From: a virus
Taxonomy: Duplodnaviria; Caudoviricetes
DNA: 24,248 nucleotides
Virus record (IMG/VR): IMGVR_UViG_3300025529_000036
Coordinates: 1 to 24,248 of that record
Strand: one strand, 5' to 3'
The notes below the pieces were generated by a model. It was not told the origin of the DNA, made no database searches, and was given only the letters and a program-made list of their open reading frames with translations. Of this stretch, positions 14,696 to 22,637 are shown piece after piece; position 1 is the stretch's first letter; each line of letters begins with the position of its first letter. The translations under genes were made by a program, and so were the position numbers.

Positions 14696-15178
14696 ATGGA
14701 CATCTGGGGTTACTACCGGCCGGCCTGCCCAATCCATGGGTTGGTTGGGCCGGCAGGGGAATGCTGCCCTGGCATAATCGACCATCACCGTAGCACCCAC
14801 CGGGTGCTCAATCTCACACAGCACCATGCTACGACCGAGCAGCGCGCGGCCGGTGTATTCGACCTGCATCCCCAGCATCAGAACAAACTACGAAACCTAC
14901 TGACGTTCGACACCCTGCCGACGGCCGAGGACATAGCCGTGGATGCGGAGGTTGCGGCTGATCTCGCGGCCGACGTGGCCGCAGCGGCTGGATGCCGCCG
15001 CATCATGATCGGCGGCGCACCGTTCATGATGGCCCCGCTAGAGCAGGCGCTGAAAAAGCGCGGCCTAATACCGGTCTATGCCTTCTCTCGCCGCGAAAGT
15101 GTTGAGGAGAAATTACCGGACGGCACGGTGCGGAAAACGACGGTGTTCCGTCACGAGGGATTCGTGGCCGCCACGTAG
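14696..15178 (+). CDS. Csx20-like putative cyclic-oligoadenylate ring nuclease
   Basis: GGAGG RBS. The motifs VLNLTQH..T.EQ, IMIGGAPF and GLIPVYAFSRRESVEEKLPDGTVRKTTVFRHEGF parallel the Csx20 motif order as I recall it. The CDS itself is clear; the family call is tentative. Confidence 0.55.
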   Translation: MDIWGYYRPACPIHGLVGPAGECCPGIIDHHRSTHRVLNLTQHHATTEQRAAGVFDLHPQHQNKLRNLLTFDTLPTAEDIAVDAEVAADLAADVAAAAGCRRIMIGGAPFMMAPLEQALKKRGLIPVYAFSRRESVEEKLPDGTVRKTTVFRHEGFVAAT

Positions 15179-15249
15179 GGCTGCCCACTGCTGCGGACGC
15201 CCTGGGCGTCACGCACCGCGCTGCCTTGGGCGCTGTTCTGGTGCGGTCA

Positions 15250-15271
15250 TGCCGTCAGCTTGCTGACGGCA
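15250..15271. terminator. Perfect inverted repeat closing the island
   Basis: TGCCGTCAGC-tt-GCTGACGGCA. Confidence 0.45.
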
Positions 15272-15286
15272 CATGCGCGAGGGTGG

Positions 15287-15315
15287 TTGCAAATTAAGAA
15301 GCATGGTGTGATAAT
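15287..15315 (+). promoter_or_regulatory. Promoter of the structural operon
   Basis: TTGCAA-N17-GATAAT with an extended -10 TG. Confidence 0.65.
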
Positions 15316-15407
15316 CGAACCGGCCCTATTAGCTAGGGCGGCATAGTCCACTCGCGCAGGAGTGCGGTGGGTTGAGTGGTTAACACATTCAACAGGAGCA
15401 CTCCTAG

Positions 15408-16508
15408 ATGAGTCAGACTGTCATTCCCTTCGGCGATCCGAAGGCCGCAAAGAAGTGGTCGGCTGCCCTTGCGGTAGACCAGGCCAAAAAGAGTTACTTC
15501 GAGCGCAAGTTCGTCGGCACCGACGACAACGCCATCATCCAGCGAAAAACCGAGCTTGAGTCCGATTCGGGCGACCGCATCAGCTTTGACCTGTCGGTCC
15601 AGCTGCGCGGCGGCTACACCGAGGGCGACCAGCGGCTGGAGGGCAAGGAGGAGAACTTGCGCTTCTATACCGACGAGGTGCGCATCGACCAGGCGCGGCA
15701 TGCCGTGTCGGCCGGCGGCAAGATGACCCGCAAGCGCACGGTCCACAACCTCCGCGCTGTCGCCAAGAACCGCCTCTCCGACTACTGGAGCCGGTTCATG
15801 GATGAGCTGATGTTCATCTACCTCTCCGGCGCTCGCGGCATCAACGCGGATTTCCTGTTCCCGAAGGATTGGACTGGCCACGCTGGCAACCCCATTGAGG
15901 CGCCGGATCCCGGCCACATCCTCTATGCGGGCTCGGCGACCAGCAAGGCCACCATCACCGCCAACGACACCATGAGCCGGCTGCTCATCGAGCGGGCTGC
16001 GGTGCAGGCCACCATGCTGCAGGCGCAAGACCCGGACGCGGCCAACATGTGCCCGGTGAGCATTGAGGGTGAGGACCGCTACGTGGTGGTCATGTCGCCG
16101 TTCCAGGAGCACGACCTGCGCACCTCGGACGCTGCCGGCTGGCTGGAGATCCAGAAGGCCGCTGCCGCTGCCGAGGGCCGCAACAACCCGATCTTCCGGG
16201 GCAGCCTCGGCATGATCAACAACGTCGTGCTGCACTCGCACCGCAACGCCATCCGGTTCAACGACTACGGCGCTGGCGGCGATCTGCCGGCGGCCCGTGC
16301 GCTGTTCCTCGGGCGGCAGGCGGGCGCGATTGCCTACGGCACGAGCGGCGGCATGCGCTTCGAGTGGAAGGAGGAGATGAAGGACTACGGCAATGAGCCC
16401 ACCGTCGCCTCCGGTGCAATCTTCGGATTCAAGAAGACGCGCTTCAACGGCAAGGATTTCGGCGTGATTGCGCTCGATACCTACGCCAAAGACCCGAACC
16501 GGGCCTAA
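15408..16508 (+). CDS. Major capsid protein (N4-gp56 / DUF4043 type)
   Basis: 366 aa; GDRISFDLSVQL, LEGKEENL, IDQARHAV, NPIFRGSLGMINNVVLH, ARALFLGRQA and DYGNE motifs; strong codon bias. Confidence 0.92.
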   Translation: MSQTVIPFGDPKAAKKWSAALAVDQAKKSYFERKFVGTDDNAIIQRKTELESDSGDRISFDLSVQLRGGYTEGDQRLEGKEENLRFYTDEVRIDQARHAVSAGGKMTRKRTVHNLRAVAKNRLSDYWSRFMDELMFIYLSGARGINADFLFPKDWTGHAGNPIEAPDPGHILYAGSATSKATITANDTMSRLLIERAAVQATMLQAQDPDAANMCPVSIEGEDRYVVVMSPFQEHDLRTSDAAGWLEIQKAAAAAEGRNNPIFRGSLGMINNVVLHSHRNAIRFNDYGAGGDLPAARALFLGRQAGAIAYGTSGGMRFEWKEEMKDYGNEPTVASGAIFGFKKTRFNGKDFGVIALDTYAKDPNRA

Positions 16509-16526
16509 TCGGAGGAGACAGACGAC

Positions 16527-16961
16527 ATGGCCATTGCAATTCAGTCTGAGTGGGCGCTCGGCCGCAAGCAGACCCCGACTTCTCGCGAGGCCGGTGTTGT
16601 TGTGGCGCAGCGGTTCGAGGTCACCATCGACACCGACCTGGACGAGGGCGACATCGTGGAGCTGGCGGTGCTGCCGGCCTACCACACCGTGGTTGATGCC
16701 ATCCTCGATACCGAGGAGCTTGGCGTGAGCCTCGATGTCGGCATCATGTCCGGTGCGGTCGGTGACCCGGACGGCACTCGCACCTGCGGCGACGAGCTGT
16801 TCAGGAATGAGGACGCTTCCGCTGAGGCTGTGGCGCGCCCCAGAGAGTCGAGCGCCTTCACCATCGCCCCCGCTGACCGTGATCGCAGCATCGGCGTGAA
16901 GGTGTCGTCATCTGTCACGGCCGGCAAGAAGATCGCCCTGACGTTGCTCATGGTGCAGTAG
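16527..16961 (+). CDS. Putative capsid decoration / minor head protein
   Basis: Beta-rich 144 aa directly after the capsid gene and before a strong hairpin; GGAGGAG RBS. Confidence 0.7.
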   Translation: MAIAIQSEWALGRKQTPTSREAGVVVAQRFEVTIDTDLDEGDIVELAVLPAYHTVVDAILDTEELGVSLDVGIMSGAVGDPDGTRTCGDELFRNEDASAEAVARPRESSAFTIAPADRDRSIGVKVSSSVTAGKKIALTLLMVQ

Positions 16962-16964
16962 CCC

Positions 16965-16988
16965 GAGGCGGGGCTTCGGCCCCGCTTC
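16965..16988 (+). terminator. Hairpin after the head genes
   Basis: GAGGCGGGGC-TTCG-GCCCCGCTTC (cUUCGg tetraloop). Confidence 0.7.
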
Positions 16989-17003
16989 CTCTCTGGAGGC
17001 GAT

Positions 17004-17390
17004 ATGCGCATTGAGAGCATCCTGCGGCGCCCTGGCGGCACGCGCGTTACCCTTGGTGGCGTCGAATACCATTTCGTGCCGGACGCGGACGGCCGCGAGT
17101 TCTGCGACGTGAGCAACCCCGAGCACGCCAAGATCCTGCTGGCGATCCCGGAAGGCTATCGGGCGGCCGAAGTCCCCAAGGCTGCCGAGCTGCCGAAGAT
17201 GGAGCTGACGACAGTCGAGCCGCTGGCGCCGGCCGAAGAGGTCGCCACGGAAGAAGCACAGGCCACTGAGGCGCCGGCCACGGGCGACCGCGATTACTGG
17301 GTGGAGCAGTACCAGGCCCGCTTCGGTCGCAAGCCGCATGGCAAGTGGTCCATCGAGCGCATCCGCGCGGAGCTGGAGGCGATGGGCTGA
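17004..17390 (+). CDS. Hypothetical protein of the head module
   Basis: GGAGG RBS; C-terminal YQARFGRKPHGKWSIERIRAEL mini-domain. Confidence 0.75.
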   Translation: MRIESILRRPGGTRVTLGGVEYHFVPDADGREFCDVSNPEHAKILLAIPEGYRAAEVPKAAELPKMELTTVEPLAPAEEVATEEAQATEAPATGDRDYWVEQYQARFGRKPHGKWSIERIRAELEAMG

Positions 17391-18049
17391 TGCCTATTCT
17401 GGTGGCGGACATTCTGCGTAGCGCGGCCACGGTGCTCAATGACTATGAGCGCGACCCCGGTGGCCAGCGCTTTGTCCGCTGGACCGAAGACGAGCTGATC
17501 GACTGGGTGAACGAGGGCGCCGCCCAAATCGCCATTCACCGACCGGCGGCCAGCGCCAAGACCGAAGTCCTGGAGCTCGTCGAAGGGCCACTGCAGCAGA
17601 TTCCTGAGACGGGGCTGATGCTGCTGGACGTGGTGCGCAACATCCCCGGCCGCGCCATTCGCCGGGTGGACCGCAGCCAGCTTGATGACGCCCGACCGGA
17701 TTGGTACGCGATGAAGCCGGCCGGCACGGTGCGCCATTTCTGCACGGACGACCGCTCGCCCAAGAGCTTCTACGTCTATCCGCCGGCCAAAGAGGGCGTG
17801 CAGGTGGAGGTTGTCTATGCTGAGACTCCGGCGCCGGTTGAGAGCGCTGAGGACGAGCTCCAGCTGGACCGCGCCTATGCTGGCGCGCTGGTGAGCTACG
17901 TTCTCTATCGGGCGCTGTCCAAGGATTCCGAATACGCCAACGGCCAAGTGGCCGCTGCGCATTACCAGGCGTTCCAGGCGGCGCTGGCCGGCCAGAACGA
18001 GGCACAAGGCGGCTACTCACCGAAGGGGGCGCTGGATGAAACCCCTTGA
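17390..18049 (+). CDS. Head-tail adaptor (DUF6682-like)
   Basis: VRWTEDELIDWVNEG, FYVYPP and YVLYRALSKDSEYA motifs; TGATG overlap. Confidence 0.78.
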   Translation: MPILVADILRSAATVLNDYERDPGGQRFVRWTEDELIDWVNEGAAQIAIHRPAASAKTEVLELVEGPLQQIPETGLMLLDVVRNIPGRAIRRVDRSQLDDARPDWYAMKPAGTVRHFCTDDRSPKSFYVYPPAKEGVQVEVVYAETPAPVESAEDELQLDRAYAGALVSYVLYRALSKDSEYANGQVAAAHYQAFQAALAGQNEAQGGYSPKGALDETP

Positions 18050-18653
18050 TAGCATCCTGCGCTACGTCCTGCCGCGCGCCAATCACTGCCCGGAGCCGAT
18101 TGCGATTGACGCGATCCGCACGGCAGCGATTCGCTTCTGCGAGCGCACCAAGATTTGGCGCGATACCGACCGATTCAAGGTGTCGGGCAAGTGCAGTGAC
18201 ATCGTATGCGCACCATACGGTGCGGTTCTGCACCAGATTGAATCCGCGCGCTTCGAGGGCCGGCCGCTGGAGGCGGTGTCGGTGTCGTGGCTGGACGAGA
18301 ACCGGCCTGGCTGGCGCACCGAGACGGCAACGCTGGGGCGCTACATCACCCAGCTTGCCCCCGGCACGGTGCGCGTGGTGCCTGCTGCTGCTGGCACGCT
18401 GGAGCTGACCACGCTGCTCAAGCCCTCCGAGGAGGCCGAGGAGCTGCCGGACTTTCTCATCGACCTGTATGCGCGGGTGCTCGCGGATGGCGCGCTCGCC
18501 GAGATCCTGGCCATCCCTGGGCAGCTGTTCACCAGCGTCGATCTGGCGACCTATCACGCCGGCCGCTTTGAGCGCGAGCTGGACCGGCTGGCGTCGCAGC
18601 ATGTGCGCGGACAGCAGCGCGCCCCGGTGCGGATCACCCCACAGTTCTTCTAG
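18036..18653 (+). CDS. Virion structural protein (second adaptor-like)
   Basis: AIRTAAIRFCERTKIWR motif; position in the structural operon. Confidence 0.72.
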   Translation: MKPLDSILRYVLPRANHCPEPIAIDAIRTAAIRFCERTKIWRDTDRFKVSGKCSDIVCAPYGAVLHQIESARFEGRPLEAVSVSWLDENRPGWRTETATLGRYITQLAPGTVRVVPAAAGTLELTTLLKPSEEAEELPDFLIDLYARVLADGALAEILAIPGQLFTSVDLATYHAGRFERELDRLASQHVRGQQRAPVRITPQFF

Positions 18654-18662
18654 GAGGTAGCC

Positions 18663-19085
18663 ATGGCTGCGGCATCGAACTATCTGGAAAACAACATCAT
18701 CAATGCCACGCTGCGCGGTGGCACCTTCCCCAAACCGGCATCCGTCTACGTGTCGCTGCACACGGCGGACCCGAACGATCAGGGCGCCAACGAGGTGAAC
18801 ACCACGCAGTGGCCGTCTTACGTGCGGCAGGACAGCACCAAGGGTGAGGGCACGCTGGCCCAAGCCTGGACCGCGCCGGTCAATGGCGTGACCAAGAACA
18901 CCAAACAGCTGCTGTTCCCGGTCTACAACGGCGCTGGCAACCTGACCATCACCCACTTCGGCCTGTTCGATGCGGCCACTGGCGGCAACCTGTTGATTGC
19001 GGCGCCGCTTGATCAGACTCGCATCATCCAGCCGGGTGACGTGTTCGTCGTGGACATCGAAAAGCTGACGGTGCAGGTGCTCTAA
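18663..19085 (+). CDS. Tail-fibre-associated structural protein
   Basis: SNYLEN, YVSLHTADP and ITHFGLFDAATGGNLL motifs. Confidence 0.75.
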   Translation: MAAASNYLENNIINATLRGGTFPKPASVYVSLHTADPNDQGANEVNTTQWPSYVRQDSTKGEGTLAQAWTAPVNGVTKNTKQLLFPVYNGAGNLTITHFGLFDAATGGNLLIAAPLDQTRIIQPGDVFVVDIEKLTVQVL

Positions 19086-19088
19086 GCG

Positions 19089-19958
19089 ATGAACCGCGCG
19101 CCGATCAACGCCTTTGCGATCAACGGGAACTACACCATCCCGCTGACGCTGGGTGCGTCGGTGACGCTGGAGGCTGGCCTGCCGATCACCTACGGCCTCG
19201 TCCTGTCGGGCACGGCCTCTGTCGAGGTGGCGGCGGCATCGCAGGAACATAAGGTTGTCACGCCGGCACTGGCAGCCGAGTTGGAGGTTGCTGGCGAAAG
19301 CGCAGAGCAGATTGCGCCGGGTGTGTTCGGTGAGGCTCAGGCCGATACCGAGGTGGATGCTGGCATCAATGAGCGGATGATTTTCCATCCGACCCTGACC
19401 GGCGACATCCGCATCAGCCCCGAGCTGCTGGCGCATGTGGTGTTCGGCACGCGCGGCGCTGGCCTGGCCAAGCTGGTGGTGCAGGGCGATCTGGAGTCGG
19501 CCATCAAGCCGGCGCCGTATGGCTCTGGCATTGCCCGCCTCCGGGTGGAGTCAGCCCTCAACTCCAAGGTGGCGAAGACCCACAGGCCCAAGATGGCCAC
19601 GTCGCTGTGGCTGGATGCGCGCGGCAAGGCCAATCTGCACATGTACTCGCCACAAGGCGACGCGGCGATCCGTGTGCAGAGTGCTGGCAGCGGCCGGTTC
19701 GGCGGCAAGCTGCGGCTCAGCGGGCGCGGCCACCTGGAACTAGCGGCTTCACTCAAGCCGGACTGGTGGCGGCATGTACACGCCAGTGGTTCGGCCGCCG
19801 TGAAGGTGCTGATGGTTGCCGAGCGGCACGGCTTCCCTGTCATCCCGAGCGAGTACCACCCGGCGCATCCGAGCTGGCAGTTGCCGGTGGGCGCGGAGGA
19901 TTGGACCTTCATCGTTGCTCCAGAAGGAGATCGGGATGCGGATCGGTGTTCGGCGTAA
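19089..19958 (+). CDS. Virion structural protein (Ala/Gly-rich)
   Basis: MNRAPINAFAING N-terminus; co-oriented and coupled with its neighbours. Confidence 0.68.
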   Translation: MNRAPINAFAINGNYTIPLTLGASVTLEAGLPITYGLVLSGTASVEVAAASQEHKVVTPALAAELEVAGESAEQIAPGVFGEAQADTEVDAGINERMIFHPTLTGDIRISPELLAHVVFGTRGAGLAKLVVQGDLESAIKPAPYGSGIARLRVESALNSKVAKTHRPKMATSLWLDARGKANLHMYSPQGDAAIRVQSAGSGRFGGKLRLSGRGHLELAASLKPDWWRHVHASGSAAVKVLMVAERHGFPVIPSEYHPAHPSWQLPVGAEDWTFIVAPEGDRDADRCSA

Positions 19959-20214
19959 GGCGGCGGCGGACCGTCGCGATGCGGACATCCATTTCGGTGC
20001 CTGGCTGCCGGACGGCGACCAGATCACGGACGCCTCGGCGTCGGTCGAGCCGGAAGGCTTGGGGCTGGATGCGGTGCAGCTGTTCGATGACATCGTGAAG
20101 GTGTGGCTATCCGGCGGCGAGCCTGGCGAGTGCTACACCGTCAACGTGGTGGCCACCACGGAGCAGGGCCGCATCAAGGAAGTCTGCTTTCAGGTGCAAG
20201 TGACGGAGTGCTGA
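19936..20214 (+). CDS. Putative fibre-tail adaptor protein
   Basis: AAGGAG RBS; DIHFGAWLPDGD...VKVWLSGGEPG..Y.V....TT.QGR.KE. Confidence 0.72.
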   Translation: MRIGVRRKAAADRRDADIHFGAWLPDGDQITDASASVEPEGLGLDAVQLFDDIVKVWLSGGEPGECYTVNVVATTEQGRIKEVCFQVQVTEC

Positions 20215-20216
20215 GC

Positions 20217-21119
20217 ATGGAAATGATACTGGCCAACAACGCTACCAGCTTGCTGGCGCTCGGCATCGACGAGCAGGAAACGACCATCCAGCTCAAGGCC
20301 GGTGACGGCAGCAAGTTCCCGACGCTGACCGCTGGGCAGTTCTTCCCGGTCACGCTGGTCGCGCCTGATCGAGAAATAGAGATCGTCTATGTCACAGCGC
20401 GCACGGGCGATACGCTGACGGTGCTGCGCGGCCAGGAAGGGACGGCGCAGAGGGCGTTCCCGGCCGGCTCGGTGGTGGAGCTCCGATTGACGGCCGGCCT
20501 GCTGGGGCGCTTCGCACAGCTTGGCAGGGACGCCGCGTTCAGCCGTCTTGGCGTACAAGATTGGGATCTTGCGCGAGGGCCGACTGGCAATCTGGAGCTG
20601 CGCGGCGGCGAGCCGTTTGCATACTTCATCATGCAGCCCGATGGGCTGCCGATGTTCTATAAGCTGCCGGTGAGCAGTGGGCGCACCTTCGATGCCTTTC
20701 CGAATGGCACGCGGATGCTGTTTCAGCAGTCGGTGGCGCCGATTGATTGGGTCAAGGTCACCGACCACAACGACAAGGCGCTGCGTGTGGTCAGCGGCAA
20801 TGTCAGCAGCGGCGGGGCCATTGCGTTCAGCGCTGCCTTTGCCAACCGCCCAATCACCCATGCCAACCTCCCGAACGTCACGTTGACCGGGGGCACGGAC
20901 TGGGCAGGTGATCACGCCCATACGTACACCTACTATCACGGGCCTGATCGCTCCGGCGGCTCCGGTGGGCAGTACCACGCATCCAACGCGCAGCAAGGAT
21001 GGACATCCACTGCCGGCGGGCACTCGCACAGCGTCAGCGTCCCCCTGGGCGGCTCCGACGTGCCGCTCGACTTTCGCGTCCAGTACGTGGACGTGATCAT
21101 CGCGGAGAAGGCTGCATGA
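20217..21119 (+). CDS. Tail fibre protein 1
   Basis: N-terminal LANNA...FP...EIVYVTARTGDTLTVLRGQEGT anchor; collar-like FPNGTRMLFQQ; His motifs AGDHAH and AGGHSH. Confidence 0.82.
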   Translation: MEMILANNATSLLALGIDEQETTIQLKAGDGSKFPTLTAGQFFPVTLVAPDREIEIVYVTARTGDTLTVLRGQEGTAQRAFPAGSVVELRLTAGLLGRFAQLGRDAAFSRLGVQDWDLARGPTGNLELRGGEPFAYFIMQPDGLPMFYKLPVSSGRTFDAFPNGTRMLFQQSVAPIDWVKVTDHNDKALRVVSGNVSSGGAIAFSAAFANRPITHANLPNVTLTGGTDWAGDHAHTYTYYHGPDRSGGSGGQYHASNAQQGWTSTAGGHSHSVSVPLGGSDVPLDFRVQYVDVIIAEKAA

Positions 21120-21418
21120 TGGTGCCGCGCGCTGAAAAAGGCTTGGTCTGCCCGTTCCACGGCAAGGACGTTTCGCGCGTCTGCCACACCTGCCCGCTGT
21201 GGGTGCAGGTGCGCGGCATGCATCCGCAGACCGGCGAGCCGGTGGACGAGTGGAAATGCAGCCTGGCCTGGCTGCCGCTGCTGGCAATCGAGCAGGCGCG
21301 GCAGACCAGTCAGGCCGGCGCGGCGGTGGAGTCGTTTCGCAATGAAATGGTCCGGGCGAACGAGGAATCCCGCCAGTTGCTTGGCGCGCAGCTGCTGCGC
21401 CTCACGCAAGGGGGCTAG
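21116..21418 (+). CDS. Tail-fibre-associated Cys-rich protein
   Basis: CP...C..C.LW..VRG.HPQTGE.VDEW.C..AWLP...AAVESFRNEMV. Confidence 0.72.
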   Translation: MMVPRAEKGLVCPFHGKDVSRVCHTCPLWVQVRGMHPQTGEPVDEWKCSLAWLPLLAIEQARQTSQAGAAVESFRNEMVRANEESRQLLGAQLLRLTQGG

Positions 21419-21458
21419 CACTATCCTGCATGGTTCGGCACTACACTAGGACGGAAGA

Positions 21459-22637
21459 ATGGCACTGAAACTATCCAACAACGCGGATGGCCTCTTAGCG
21501 ATGGCAATCAGCAACAGCGCCACCAGCCTGACGCTGGAAGCCGGTCATGGCTCGCGCTTCCCGGCGTTGGGCTCGGGAGATTGGTTCCCGATTACCGTTG
21601 TGCGCGCCTCCGACCCCTCGCAGTTCGAGATCATGCGCTGCACCGGGCGCAGTGGCGACACCCTGACCGTGGTGCGGGCTCAGGAAGGCACGTCTGCCAT
21701 CACCTTCAATGCTGGTGACGTGGTTAGTCTGAGGCTGACTTCGGGCACGCTCGAAGAGAACTTCCCCCAGGTGGAGGGCCGGAATGCGAAGAATCTGCGT
21801 TTCAGCATTGCTAGTGTCGGCGGCAAGCCCGAGCTGAAATTCAAGAGCGGAGGCGGCGAGGAAACCGTAGTCAGGCAGAGCGATATCGAAGACGTAGTCA
21901 GGCAGAGCGATATTGAAGACGTAGTCAGGCAGAGCGACTTTTCGAATCTCCATCCCGCCACGCAAATTATGTGGGACTCTCCGGCTGGCGACAGGCTGGG
22001 GATAGTAACCCAAAATTCTGCTGGTCGTTCAAACATTTTTTTCGGAGAGTATCTTAGGAACGGTATCCTAGTCTACGGCAATAGTGATGCGTCGTCCCCG
22101 AAAACGATTCTGGTTTTTGCAAATGGTGTCGGTCAGGCAAAGATAGTCAATGGCGGGGTTGTGATAGGCCCATCAACGGCGCCGACACTTGGGAACGGCA
22201 CACTGAATGCTATAAACGGGCTGTACGATAGTGGCGAGCGCGTTTACAGCCCTGTAAACGATGCGCATTTAGTCAAAACCAGTCGTACTATCTCTACCGG
22301 GACTGGTCTTACTGGCGGCGGCAACCTGTCTGCCAATCGCACGATTTCGCTAGCAAGTAGCCATATTCCGATTGGAGTGGGCCAGACGTGGAGGGATGTG
22401 ACCAGTAGTAGGTCGTCGAGTACTATTTATACAAATACAGTAGGCCGCCCAATTTATGTGGCTATCCACCTGGGAGCAGGTGGAATAGCCGAAGTGTCTG
22501 AAGACGGAACAAACTGGGTGAGCGTAGGGAATGCGGGCACAACAAGTTCATCGTGTTCGTTTATCGTCCCGGCGGGGTATCGATATCGATACAGAACTAC
22601 TAATCTTAGTTTTGTTTATTGGGCGGAGCTTCGATGA
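21459..22637 (+). CDS. Tail fibre protein 2
   Basis: Same N-terminal anchor as fibre 1; TGTGLTGGGNLSANRT repeat; IGVGQTWRDVT...YTNTVGRPI...WAELR tip. Confidence 0.88.
   Translation: MALKLSNNADGLLAMAISNSATSLTLEAGHGSRFPALGSGDWFPITVVRASDPSQFEIMRCTGRSGDTLTVVRAQEGTSAITFNAGDVVSLRLTSGTLEENFPQVEGRNAKNLRFSIASVGGKPELKFKSGGGEETVVRQSDIEDVVRQSDIEDVVRQSDFSNLHPATQIMWDSPAGDRLGIVTQNSAGRSNIFFGEYLRNGILVYGNSDASSPKTILVFANGVGQAKIVNGGVVIGPSTAPTLGNGTLNAINGLYDSGERVYSPVNDAHLVKTSRTISTGTGLTGGGNLSANRTISLASSHIPIGVGQTWRDVTSSRSSSTIYTNTVGRPIYVAIHLGAGGIAEVSEDGTNWVSVGNAGTTSSSCSFIVPAGYRYRYRTTNLSFVYWAELR
21866..21937 (+). repeat. 27-bp tandem repeat (2.7 copies) in tail fibre 2
   Basis: CGTAGTCAGGCAGAGCGATATyGAAGA encoding VVRQSDIED. 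Confidence 0.92.

Noticed and set aside
14554-14793. 79-aa Arg/Ser-rich ORF from the ORF track
   Set aside because: Poor codon pattern and overlap with the next gene; another frame fits coding better.
15333-19436. Long minus-strand ORFs (450 aa and 666 aa)
   Set aside because: Antisense to clear structural genes; a typical high-GC codon-bias artefact.
20217-22637. Diversity-generating retroelement or invertible tail-fibre shufflon
   Set aside because: No reverse transcriptase, template repeat, invertase or inverted fibre tips are visible in the window.
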